Positions 9,753 through 18,446 of a stretch of DNA of 64,000 bases are shown here, piece after piece. Each line of letters opens with the position of its first letter. Position 1 is the stretch's first letter. The notes below the pieces were generated by a model. It worked only from the letters and a program-made list of their open reading frames with translations, ran no database searches and had not been told where the DNA came from. The translations under genes and the position numbers were made by a program. The DNA lies in contig DAOKYU010000004.1 in assembly GCA_035325995.1 (NCBI GenBank), forward strand, positions 1,322 to 65,321. The letters are read 5' to 3'. This DNA is from Thermodesulfobacteriota bacterium. GTDB lineage: Bacteria; Desulfobacterota_D; UBA1144; Nemesobacterales; UBA2774.

Positions 9753-9933
9753 ACCGTATTATACGGGCTGTTTTATATCTAAACCTTACAAGTTTTCTTA
9801 AGTATAGTCTATAAGTCGTCGATATGAAAGCTTAAAAGAATTTTAAATTACTTTTAATTCGCTGGAAACGGGTGTAAAATTGAAAACAGTCTGAAAAAGC
9901 GGCCCTAAAGACGGGGCCGGTCTTATACGGAGG

Positions 9934-10944
9934 ATGGACGGGATGTATGTCAGAACCATAATCGCTGTGCTCCTGTTTACGGGGGTCGCCCTCGCGCAGG
10001 GGAGCCTTCCGCCGCCCAGGGACGGGACGACCATATACGTCGTAAAGCCGGGCGATTCCCTCTGGAAGATTTCAGGCAGGTTCTTCGGGAACCCGCTTTT
10101 CTGGCCGAGGCTCTGGGAGCTCAACCCGAACATAGACAACCCGAACAGGATATACCCGGGCGACGTGATTTCGCTTAAGCCGGAGCAGCCCTTACTGCCG
10201 GTAGTGAAGGTGGAGCCCAAGGCCCACAAGGTTACGTTCGACGACGTCGAGCCTCCGCCTCCCGTCTTTTATTATTCGCGCGGAGGGTCCGAGGGATTCA
10301 TATCCCCCGGCCAGTGGGAGCACATGGGGACTATACTGACGTCGGAGCCTCCGAAGATGCTGCTCGGCACTGGCGACATCGTGTACACGAACATAGGCAC
10401 GAAGAACGGGGCCGGCACCGGGGACAGGTATACGATATACAGGACTTCGAAACCCATCACCCACCCGGTATCCGGGAACAGGGTGGGATACAAGGTTGCC
10501 GTCCTCGGGGAGCTCGAGATAATAGAGGTCCTCGGGAAGAGGAAATCGACCGCCGTTATTACGGAGGCCTACCAGGAGATAATGCGCGGGGCGAGAGTGA
10601 GGCCCGAGGAGTCCTTCGTCAAGGAAGTCGTGATGAAGAAGGGGGTCCAGAGGGTGGACGGCTTCATCGTCGATAACAAGAACAACGTCGAGCTTTCGGG
10701 AAGCGGAGACGTCGTTTACCTGGACGTCGGAAAGAGAAACTCAGTCGTGCCCGGGAACGTGTTTTCTATATACACGTCGCCGAGAAAGTCGTGGGACCCC
10801 GACGCGGGGAAGAACGTCGTTATACCGGGAGTGCTCATAGGGAAGATCGTCGTCCTGGAAGTCGGGGATACGACATCGACCGGCGTGATAATCGAGAGCT
10901 CGCGGCAGGTGCAGAAGGGGAATTTCATAAGCCTCGACATATAG
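9934..10944 (+). CDS. Secreted LysM peptidoglycan-binding domain protein
   Basis: Signal peptide followed by a LysM motif (YVVKPGDSLWKISGRFFGNPLFWPRLWELNP ... IYPGDVISL). The true start is probably ATG 9943, 9 nt after GGAGG at 9929-9933. The C-terminal ~230 aa are unassigned. Confidence 0.75.
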   Translation: MDGMYVRTIIAVLLFTGVALAQGSLPPPRDGTTIYVVKPGDSLWKISGRFFGNPLFWPRLWELNPNIDNPNRIYPGDVISLKPEQPLLPVVKVEPKAHKVTFDDVEPPPPVFYYSRGGSEGFISPGQWEHMGTILTSEPPKMLLGTGDIVYTNIGTKNGAGTGDRYTIYRTSKPITHPVSGNRVGYKVAVLGELEIIEVLGKRKSTAVITEAYQEIMRGARVRPEESFVKEVVMKKGVQRVDGFIVDNKNNVELSGSGDVVYLDVGKRNSVVPGNVFSIYTSPRKSWDPDAGKNVVIPGVLIGKIVVLEVGDTTSTGVIIESSRQVQKGNFISLDI

Positions 10945-10982
10945 AGACGGGAATTCGAGAAGAGGATACGCGGTTCGTGCCC

Positions 10983-11693
10983 CTAGGCCTTTTCAGGCCC
11001 GGGCTCGCCCGTCATGGGGACGAACCGGACGGAAGTGACCTTCCTGTAAGAGACGCCCTTCCCGGATTTTTCTATAAGCAGAAGCTCCTGGTTTTCCCCG
11101 CCCACGGGGATGACCATCCTGCCGCCTTCCCCGAGCCGGGAGACGAGGGCCTCGGGCACGTCGCCCGGAGCAGCCGTTACTATGATGCCGTCGTAGGGCG
11201 CGTTTTCCCCCCACCCGGCATAGCCGTCGCCGACCCTGAAGTGAATGTCCGTATAACCCAGTTTTTCGAGGAGACTGCGCGTCCTCTCGGCGAGCTCGGG
11301 GATGATTTCTATCGTGTATACATCGGCCCCCGTTTCGGCGAGTATGGCCGTCTGGTACCCGGAGCCGGTGCCTACCTCGAGTATCTTTTGCCCCGGGGCC
11401 GGCTTCAGTATCTCTGACATGAGGGCGACTATGTAGGGCTGGGATATCGTCTGTCCCTTGCCTATCGGAACGGGGCTGTCGCCGTAGGCGGACTCCCTCG
11501 ACCCGGGCGGGACGAACTCGTGCCTCGGTATCTTAAGCATGGCGTTTATGACGGCGGGATACCTTATGCCGCGTGCGATGATCTGGTCCTCGACCATCCT
11601 CCAGCGCATTTCGGCGTAGTCGTCCGCGCCGTCCGTGACCGCGGCGGAAAGGAGGACCAGGAGGGCCGGCACGTAGAAAAGGAGCTCTTCCAT
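10983..11693 (-). CDS. pcm: Protein-L-isoaspartate O-methyltransferase with N-terminal signal/TM segment
   Basis: Motifs TISQPYIVALM, LEVGTGSGYQTAILAE, DGIIVTAA and GGRMVIPVG. Confidence 0.9.
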   Translation of the reverse strand: MEELLFYVPALLVLLSAAVTDGADDYAEMRWRMVEDQIIARGIRYPAVINAMLKIPRHEFVPPGSRESAYGDSPVPIGKGQTISQPYIVALMSEILKPAPGQKILEVGTGSGYQTAILAETGADVYTIEIIPELAERTRSLLEKLGYTDIHFRVGDGYAGWGENAPYDGIIVTAAPGDVPEALVSRLGEGGRMVIPVGGENQELLLIEKSGKGVSYRKVTSVRFVPMTGEPGPEKA

Positions 11694-11782
11694 AGGGCTA
11701 AGGTTACCACGAAAGGGGACTGCGGTTGCCGGCGGGGAAAGAATCGGACCGGAAAGACAAAAAAAGAGGGGACAGGAACAGG

Positions 11783-12736
11783 CTAGATGATTTTCGATAA
11801 AACGAGCTTCGCGCCTTCGTATGGGTCGAGCTCGCCCCTTTTCACCCTGTCGTAAATCTTTTTGACTTCATTCCCGGTGAGCTTTTCGGAGACGGCCGCT
11901 TCGACCGCTTCCTTTACTATCTCGGAGAATTCCTCTTCCCTGCGCGTTTCGCGCTTGAGCCCGAGGCGTCCTGTCTTTTCCTGAAATTCCCTGTGCCTTT
12001 CGACCTCGGCGGCGAGCTTGTCTATCCCCTCCCCTTTTGCCGCGCTCGTCATGAGGACGGGCTGCTTCCATTCCTTGCCGGGGGACTTCAGGGAGACGAT
12101 CTGCCTTATCTCGGCCGTGATGAGATTCGCCCCTTCCCTGTCGCACTTGTTGACGACGAATATGTCGGCTATCTCCATGAGCCCCGCCTTCATCGTCTGG
12201 ACGCCGTCGCCGGCCTCGGGGACGAGGACGACGAGGACCGTGTCGGCTATGCGTATCACGTCGAGCTCGCTCTGGCCGACGCCGACCGTTTCGACTATGA
12301 CGTAGTCGAGCCCGAACGCGGAGAAGAGCTTTATTATCTCCCTCGAAGCCCGGGATATTCCGCCGTGGGTGCCCCTCGTGCTGATGCTCCTTATGAAGAC
12401 GCCGTCGTCCATGGAGTGGTCGTGCATGCGAATCCTGTCGCCGAGTATGGCCCCGCCCGAAAACGGGCTCGACGGATCGACGGCGAGGACGCCGACCGTT
12501 TTACCGAGGGACCTGTAGTGCGCGATGAGCCTGTTCGTGAGTGTGCTTTTCCCCGCACCGGGCGGGCCCGTGACGCCGATTATGTAGGACCTCTCCGAAA
12601 GATTGTCGAGACGCTTGAGCACAGCCGGGAGAGAGCGGTGACGGCTTTCGGCGAGCGTTATGAGACGCGCGAGGGCTACCCTGTCGCCGGACAGCATCTT
12701 GTCAATGAGCTCGTTTTCGTGTTGGGATAATGGCAT
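11783..12736 (-). CDS. meaB: Methylmalonyl-CoA mutase-associated G3E GTPase (MeaB/ArgK)
   Basis: P-loop GVTGPPGAGKSTL, then VLAVDPSSPFSGGAILGDRIRM, VIVETVGVGQSE and VVNKCD. Confidence 0.85.
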   Translation of the reverse strand: MPLSQHENELIDKMLSGDRVALARLITLAESRHRSLPAVLKRLDNLSERSYIIGVTGPPGAGKSTLTNRLIAHYRSLGKTVGVLAVDPSSPFSGGAILGDRIRMHDHSMDDGVFIRSISTRGTHGGISRASREIIKLFSAFGLDYVIVETVGVGQSELDVIRIADTVLVVLVPEAGDGVQTMKAGLMEIADIFVVNKCDREGANLITAEIRQIVSLKSPGKEWKQPVLMTSAAKGEGIDKLAAEVERHREFQEKTGRLGLKRETRREEEFSEIVKEAVEAAVSEKLTGNEVKKIYDRVKRGELDPYEGAKLVLSKII

Positions 12737-12784
12737 CGGGACATACCTTAAATCGCGGGGGGTGGATTGTCAAAGGAAAGGGAG

Positions 12785-13192
12785 CTATCCGGCGCTCATT
12801 TTGAGTATGGTGTCGTATTCGTCTTTCGTGACGGGCACGACCGAAAGGCGGCCCTGCTTTACGAGGGCGATATTCCCGAGGCCTTTTTCCTTTTTAATGT
12901 CGGCGAGCGCGACGGGATTTTTGAGGGGTTTTACCGGCTCGATGTCTACGGCGACCCACCTGTCGTCTCCCGTGGTCGGGTCCTGATAAGCCTCCCTGAT
13001 CACCTTCGCGATCCCGACTATCGCGAGGCCGACGTTACTGTGATAGTAGAGAAGGAGGTCGCCCTTCTTCATGGATTTGAGGTTGTTCCTCGCCTGGTAG
13101 TTCCTGACGCCGGTCCAGTCCGTACGGCCGTCGCGGACGAGGTCGTCCCAGGAATATGCCGAGGGCTCGGACTTAACAAGCCAGTAGCTCAT
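12785..13192 (-). CDS. EVE (PUA-like) domain protein
   Basis: 135 aa. N-terminus MSYWLVKSEPSAYSWDDL ... DWTGVRNYQARNNLKSMKKGDLLLYYHS is the canonical EVE domain N-terminus. Confidence 0.8.
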   Translation of the reverse strand: MSYWLVKSEPSAYSWDDLVRDGRTDWTGVRNYQARNNLKSMKKGDLLLYYHSNVGLAIVGIAKVIREAYQDPTTGDDRWVAVDIEPVKPLKNPVALADIKKEKGLGNIALVKQGRLSVVPVTKDEYDTILKMSAG

Positions 13193-13288
13193 GGGTTTAA
13201 TTATGAGGAAATTTTAGAGTATTACAAATGGCGGCGCGGCCGCCGGGATTCTTTAACTAATCCTATTATCCAGTATATTTATGGGCGT

Positions 13289-13951
13289 ATGGGTAAACTA
13301 CGTGCAGTCTTTAAAACCTTTATTATGATTGCGTTCCTTGCCGCATGTGCTTACCCCGCACACGCGCAGACGGAGGAGCCCGCCGGACCTCGCGTGCCGT
13401 TAAGGGAGAAGGTGAAGACGGCTGCCGTCATGCCGTTCAGCTCGAAATCCTCCCTGTCGGCGGAGATGCCGGCGGAAGCGCTTTCAGACAAGGAGAGGTT
13501 CCTCATGATCTCCTTTTACGACGCGCTCGTAGCACAGGGGAGCGTCGTGAAGATCACACCGCTCAAGGAATCCGAGGCCGCGTACGCCGGGGTGACGTAT
13601 GACAATCCCGTCTCTTACTTCCGGGACGCCGCGGTCGAAGCCGGAAGGAAGCTCGGCGTGGACGCCGTGTTTACGGGCGTTATATCGGAGTACACGGAAA
13701 GGAAGGGCTCGGGCGCGGGCGTCGAGTCGCCCGCTACTGTCGCTTTCAGCGTCGAGCTTTTGAGCACGAAGGACGGCAGCATACTGTGGGAGACCTACTT
13801 TACCGAGACCCAGAGGCCGCTCCTGGACAACCTGTACGAGATAGACAAGTTCTTTAAAAGAGGGGCGAAGTGGATTACGGCGGACGAGCTCGCGAGGGAA
13901 GGCGCGAGGAAGGCCGCGTCCGACTTCAATACATTCCTGACGACCGAATAA
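13289..13951 (+). CDS. Hypothetical lipoprotein (possibly DUF799/LpoB-like)
   Basis: The track ORF 12767-13951 is antisense to the EVE gene upstream of nt 13289. The in-frame ATG at 13289 gives a 220-aa protein with a signal peptide and lipobox FLAAC. Its stop codon abuts the hisA ATG (taaatg). Confidence 0.55.
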   Translation: MGKLRAVFKTFIMIAFLAACAYPAHAQTEEPAGPRVPLREKVKTAAVMPFSSKSSLSAEMPAEALSDKERFLMISFYDALVAQGSVVKITPLKESEAAYAGVTYDNPVSYFRDAAVEAGRKLGVDAVFTGVISEYTERKGSGAGVESPATVAFSVELLSTKDGSILWETYFTETQRPLLDNLYEIDKFFKRGAKWITADELAREGARKAASDFNTFLTTE

Positions 13952-14674
13952 ATGCTGATAATACCTGCCATAGATCTTAAAGACGGAAAGTGCGTGAGGC
14001 TGTACAAGGGCGAGGAAGGGACGGAGACCGTCTTTTCCGAGAGGCCCGGGGAAGTGGCCGCGAAGTGGGAGGCGGCCGGAGCGAAGTGGATTCACGTAGT
14101 AGACCTCGACGGGGCCTTTAAGGGCGAGCCGGGGAATCTTGCGGCAGTGAAGGATATAAGGGCCTCAGTCAAGTGCAGCATACAGGTTGGCGGCGGGATA
14201 AGGAACATCGAGACCGTGAGGGAGTACGCCGGCCTCGGCATCGACAGGGTGATAATCGGCACCGCCGCCTTTAACGACGCAGACTTTCTCAAACAGGCGT
14301 GCGAAGAGTTCCCCGGCAGGATAGCCGTCGGCCTCGATACGAAGAACGGGAAGATCGCCGTAAAGGGCTGGAAGGAAGTGATAGACACGGATACGAAAGA
14401 AGCGCTCCGGGACCTCCACGAGGCCGGGGTGTCGATAATACTCAACACGAATATAGACAGGGACGGCACGATGGAAGGGATAAACGTGAACGCCGCCCGC
14501 GAGTTTATAGAGATGTCGCCGCTGCCAGTAATAGCGTCGGGCGGAATCGCGACCATGGCCGACCTCGAAAAGCTCGACTCGCTCGGGCTCGGTGGGCTTT
14601 ACGGCGCGATACTCGGGAAGTCGCTCTACACAGGATCGATAGACCTCAAAGAAGCCGTATCAAGGTACTCGTAA
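13952..14674 (+). CDS. hisA: ProFAR isomerase (histidine biosynthesis)
   Basis: MLIIPAIDLKDGKCVRL ... HVVDLDGA ... VQVGGGIR ... ASGGI. Confidence 0.92.
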   Translation: MLIIPAIDLKDGKCVRLYKGEEGTETVFSERPGEVAAKWEAAGAKWIHVVDLDGAFKGEPGNLAAVKDIRASVKCSIQVGGGIRNIETVREYAGLGIDRVIIGTAAFNDADFLKQACEEFPGRIAVGLDTKNGKIAVKGWKEVIDTDTKEALRDLHEAGVSIILNTNIDRDGTMEGINVNAAREFIEMSPLPVIASGGIATMADLEKLDSLGLGGLYGAILGKSLYTGSIDLKEAVSRYS

Positions 14675-15433
14675 ATGCTATCCAAGAGAATAATACCCTG
14701 CCTCGACGTCAAGGACGGAAGGGTCGTGAAGGGCGTCAATTTCCTTAACCTGAGGGACGCCGGGGACCCCGTCGAGATCGCGAAGAAATACAGCGACGAG
14801 GGGGCGGACGAAATATGCTTCCTCGACATCACCGCCTCGCACGAAGAGAGGAACACGATGATAGACGTCGTCCGGCGGACTGCCGGGGAGGTGTTCGTGC
14901 CTCTCACGGTCGGCGGGGGCGTAAGGACCCTCGAGGACGTGAGGGAGCTCCTCCTGGCGGGGGCGGACAAGGTTTCCATAAACACCGCCGCCGTGAAGGA
15001 TCCGGATTTCGTCAGGGCGGCCGCGGAGAAGTTCGGCAGTCAGTGCATCGTCGTCGCTATAGACGCGAGGGAGTCCTCGCCCGGGAGGTGGGAGGTGTAC
15101 ACCCACGGCGGGAGGAACCCCACCGGGATAGACGCCGTCGAGTGGGCGAGGAAGATGGAGGAGAACGGCGCGGGGGAGATACTACTTACCAGCATGGACA
15201 GGGACGGGACGAAGTCGGGGTATGACCTCGCGCTTACGAGGGCCGTCTCGCGAGCCGTTTCGATACCGGTGATCGCATCCGGAGGCGCCGGAACCCTTGA
15301 GCATCTTACGGAGGGGGTCAGGGAAGGAGAGGCGGACGCCGTGCTCGTGGCGTCGATATTCCATTACGGCGAGCACACGATAAGGGAAGCGAAAGAGCAC
15401 ATGAACGGAAGGGGCGTCAGCGTAAGGCTCTGA
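14675..15433 (+). CDS. hisF: Imidazole glycerol phosphate synthase cyclase subunit
   Basis: [16 protein letters not shown] ... DELVFLDITAS-type segment ([10 protein letters not shown]) ... TVGGGVR ... [10 protein letters not shown] ... ASGGAG. Confidence 0.95.
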   Translation: MLSKRIIPCLDVKDGRVVKGVNFLNLRDAGDPVEIAKKYSDEGADEICFLDITASHEERNTMIDVVRRTAGEVFVPLTVGGGVRTLEDVRELLLAGADKVSINTAAVKDPDFVRAAAEKFGSQCIVVAIDARESSPGRWEVYTHGGRNPTGIDAVEWARKMEENGAGEILLTSMDRDGTKSGYDLALTRAVSRAVSIPVIASGGAGTLEHLTEGVREGEADAVLVASIFHYGEHTIREAKEHMNGRGVSVRL

Positions 15434-15461
15434 CGGAAGGCGGAGACCCGGGGAAACAGAT

Positions 15462-16511
15462 TTGAACATAAGAGAGCACACGGAAGAGATAGAGAGAAAG
15501 ATACTTTCGCCGTACGCCGCGCTGAGCGCCGAATCGAAGGGGAGGCGGAGGCCCGAGGAGCCCTGCTCCATACGGACGGATTTTCAGAGGGACAGGGACA
15601 GGATAATACACTCGAAGTCCTTCAGGCGGATGAAGCACAAGACCCAGGTATTCCTCGCGCCGACGGACGACCATTACAGGACGAGGCTCACGCACGTTAT
15701 AGAGGTGTCGCAGATAGCGAGGACTATTTCGAGGGCACTCAGGCTCAACGAAGACCTCACCGAAGCGATAGCCCTCGGACACGACCTCGGGCATACGCCC
15801 TTCGGGCACGCGGGCGAGGCTGCACTCAACGAACTCTTTCCCGGCGGTTTCAAGCACGTCATACACAGCCTCAGGGTCGTGGACGTTCTCGAAAGGGGCG
15901 GGAAGGGGCTAAACCTGACGCACGAGGTGAGGGACGGGATAGCCAAGCATTCGAAGGGCATGGGGGCGGTGGACAACCCCGCGTACAGGCCCGAGACCCT
16001 CGAAGGGCAGGTCGTCAGGATCTCGGACCTCGTGGCATACGCCAACCACGACCTCGACGACGCCATACGCGCTCGCATAATAACGATAGACGACGTGCCG
16101 GAGAGGTGCATCAACGCACTCGGCAGGACGAGCTCCGAAAGGATCAACAGGATGGTTACGGACATAATAACGGAGACTATAAGGAACGACGGCGAGAAGG
16201 TGGCCGCGAGCGACGAGGTCGCCGGGGCGATGGTCGATCTCAGGGGTTATCTCTTCAACACCGTATACATGAACGAGAAGATCAAGAACAATTTCCTCAA
16301 GGCGACAAAGGTCATAAGGGAATTATACGAATACTTCTGCGAGAACGAGGAGGAATTCAGGAAGTACGGCGGGAACCCCCCGAGAGAGGGCGAGACGCAC
16401 GAGCGGGCCGTTTGCGATTTTATCGCGGGAATGACGGATTCGTACGCGATTTCGGTTTACGAGACGATCTTCCTGCCGCGAAGATGGCAGGGAGACCTGA
16501 GCACGCTGTAG
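15462..16511 (+). CDS. dgt: dGTP triphosphohydrolase-like HD-domain protein
   Basis: TTG start. FQRDRDRIIHSKSFRRMKHKTQVF ... RLTHVIEVSQIAR ... GHDLGHTPFGHAGE. Confidence 0.85.
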   Translation: MNIREHTEEIERKILSPYAALSAESKGRRRPEEPCSIRTDFQRDRDRIIHSKSFRRMKHKTQVFLAPTDDHYRTRLTHVIEVSQIARTISRALRLNEDLTEAIALGHDLGHTPFGHAGEAALNELFPGGFKHVIHSLRVVDVLERGGKGLNLTHEVRDGIAKHSKGMGAVDNPAYRPETLEGQVVRISDLVAYANHDLDDAIRARIITIDDVPERCINALGRTSSERINRMVTDIITETIRNDGEKVAASDEVAGAMVDLRGYLFNTVYMNEKIKNNFLKATKVIRELYEYFCENEEEFRKYGGNPPREGETHERAVCDFIAGMTDSYAISVYETIFLPRRWQGDLSTL

Positions 16512-16582
16512 CCCCCCTGCCCTGCCGGCGAGCCCGGGGAGCGGATTTCCTCCCGGCGCGCGGCTTCCTAAGACAATCCGAC

Positions 16583-17410
16583 ATGAGCGCAAAAAAGACC
16601 GTAATAAAGTTGGGCTCCGTATCCTTCCTTAACGCAAAACCCATTACTTACGCGATAGAGAACGGCCTCGTCGAGCACGACTTCAGCATAGTACAGACGC
16701 CGCCCTCGGAGCTTTCGGGCATGCTGTCACGAAAAGAGATCGACCTCGGCCTGATCCCGGTCGCGGAGTTTTTAAAGAGAGGCACGTACAGCGCGGTGCC
16801 CGGTATATCTATATCGTCGTACGGGAAGGTGGATAGCGTCGTACTCCTCGCGAAGGAGAAGCTTAAAAATGTCAGGACTGTTGCCGTCGATCTGAGGTCG
16901 CAGAGCTCGACCGCGCTCCTCCGAGTGATCCTCGAAGTGTTTCACGGACTAAAGCCTTCCTACACGCCGAGGGACGCGACGAAGGAAGGATTCCTGGACG
17001 GTGTAGACGCCGGGATGATAATCGGGGACCTCGGGCTAGAGATGATGTACGCGCCGCCCGCGGGGTATAGCGTTTACGACCTCGGGGAGATATGGACGGC
17101 CGAGACGGGGCTCCCGTTCGTGTTCGCTGTCTTTGCCGTTAACAGGGGCGTTTCGCTCGGGAGGAACGTGGACGCGCTTGCGGAATCGATGGCGTACGGC
17201 CGGGCGCACGCGGCCGGGATAGCGCGCATCGAAGCGGCCAGGCTCGGCATGGACGAGGCGACGTGCGTGACATACCTTACGGAAAGGATACAATATGACC
17301 TCGGCCCGAGGGAGCGGGAGGGCATCGTGAAATACAGCGAGCTCCTGTCGGGGCTCGGGATTTCGGAGAAGATTCCGGGCGTCGAGATTTACGCCGAAGA
17401 GAAAAACTAG
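16583..17410 (+). CDS. mqnA: Chorismate dehydratase (futalosine pathway)
   Basis: The track ORF 16106-17410 overlaps dgt upstream. The in-frame ATG at 16583 gives MSAKKTVIKLGSVSFLNAKPITYAI, matching the MqnA signature (IG-x-I-x-FLN-x-x-P). Confidence 0.8.
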   Translation: MSAKKTVIKLGSVSFLNAKPITYAIENGLVEHDFSIVQTPPSELSGMLSRKEIDLGLIPVAEFLKRGTYSAVPGISISSYGKVDSVVLLAKEKLKNVRTVAVDLRSQSSTALLRVILEVFHGLKPSYTPRDATKEGFLDGVDAGMIIGDLGLEMMYAPPAGYSVYDLGEIWTAETGLPFVFAVFAVNRGVSLGRNVDALAESMAYGRAHAAGIARIEAARLGMDEATCVTYLTERIQYDLGPREREGIVKYSELLSGLGISEKIPGVEIYAEEKN

Positions 17411-17426
17411 GGAGGTACCATCACCT

Positions 17427-18260
17427 GTGAGTAAGCAGATAATGAGGCTCGGGCACAGCCCCGACGCGGACGACGCGTTCATGTTCTATGGAGTAGCGAA
17501 GGATAAGGTGACGTCCGACAAAATAGAATTCGTACACGTTATAGAAGACATACAGTCACTTAACAAGAGGGCGCTCAACAAGGAGCTCGAAATGACGGCC
17601 ATATCGGCGCACGGGTATCTGAAGGTGCAGGACGACTACCGTATACTCGCGAGCGGCGCCAGCATGGGCGAGGGATACGGGCCGATAGTCGTGGCAAGGG
17701 AGCGGTTCGACAGCCTCGCCGGGAGGAAGATAGGCGTTCCGGGAATGCTGACCTCGGCGTATCTCCTCCTTTGCATTTATGCGGACGGGTTCGTACCCGT
17801 CGAGATGCCGTTCGACGAGATAATGCCGGCCGTCGCGAACGGAGAGATAGAAACGGGGCTTCTCATACACGAGGGGCAGCTCACCTATAAAGAAGCGGGG
17901 CTCGAGCTTTTGTTCGACATAGGGGAGCTATGGGCGAAGGAAACGCCCCTTCCGATGCCGCTCGGGCTTAACGTCGTCAGGAGAGACATCCCGGAGGACC
18001 TTCAGAGGGAAATCCTCCGCGTCCACAAGGGGAGCATCGAGTACGGGCTCGGCCACAAGGACGAGGCGCTCGAATACGCGCTCGAATTCGGGCGCGGGAT
18101 GAAAGAGGACGTCGGGGAGAAGTTCGTCCTCATGTATGTGAACGATTACACCATAGACCTCGGCGGGAAGGGGAAGGCGGCCCTCGAATACCTATTCAAC
18201 AGGGCGCACGAGAAGGGAATCATAAAAGAGCAGCCGAGGCTCGACATACTGGAATTATAA
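17427..18260 (+). CDS. MqnA/MqnD-family protein, MqnD-like (1,4-dihydroxy-6-naphthoate synthase family)
   Basis: GTG start 11 nt after GGAGG (17411-17415). LGHSPDADDAFMFYG resembles the MqnD SPCPNDTF-type motif; periplasmic-binding-protein-like fold. The assignment within the family is uncertain. Confidence 0.6.
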   Translation: MSKQIMRLGHSPDADDAFMFYGVAKDKVTSDKIEFVHVIEDIQSLNKRALNKELEMTAISAHGYLKVQDDYRILASGASMGEGYGPIVVARERFDSLAGRKIGVPGMLTSAYLLLCIYADGFVPVEMPFDEIMPAVANGEIETGLLIHEGQLTYKEAGLELLFDIGELWAKETPLPMPLGLNVVRRDIPEDLQREILRVHKGSIEYGLGHKDEALEYALEFGRGMKEDVGEKFVLMYVNDYTIDLGGKGKAALEYLFNRAHEKGIIKEQPRLDILEL

Positions 18261-18270
18261 ATTTACACAT

Positions 18271-18301
18271 ACTCCGGGCGAAAGGACCATTCGCCCGGAG
18301 T
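18271..18301 (+). terminator. Strong hairpin after the mqnD-like gene
   Basis: 12-bp perfect stem actccgggcgaa / ttcgcccggagt with 7-nt loop aggacca, starting 10 nt after the stop codon. No clear U-tract follows. Confidence 0.45.
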
Positions 18302-18446
18302 CTCACTTCCACTTCAATCCATCCATATCCGTAACTAGTTAAAAACTGTCAGTCATATCAATCTCCACCGACTAACTTAGCTGTTGGTAAACCCACGCAC
18401 GTCTCCTATAATTACAAATAAAGTCTGCATACAACGGAGCCTGATC

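Noticed and set aside
12767-13288. N-terminal 174 codons of the track ORF 12767-13951
   Set aside because: This part is antisense to the well-supported EVE-domain gene. A signal peptide with lipobox begins at the in-frame ATG at 13289, which I take as the real start.
16106-16582. Upstream extension of the mqnA ORF overlapping dgt
   Set aside because: This Arg/Gly-rich off-frame reading of dgt is open only because the frame has no stop. The MqnA homology begins at ATG 16583.
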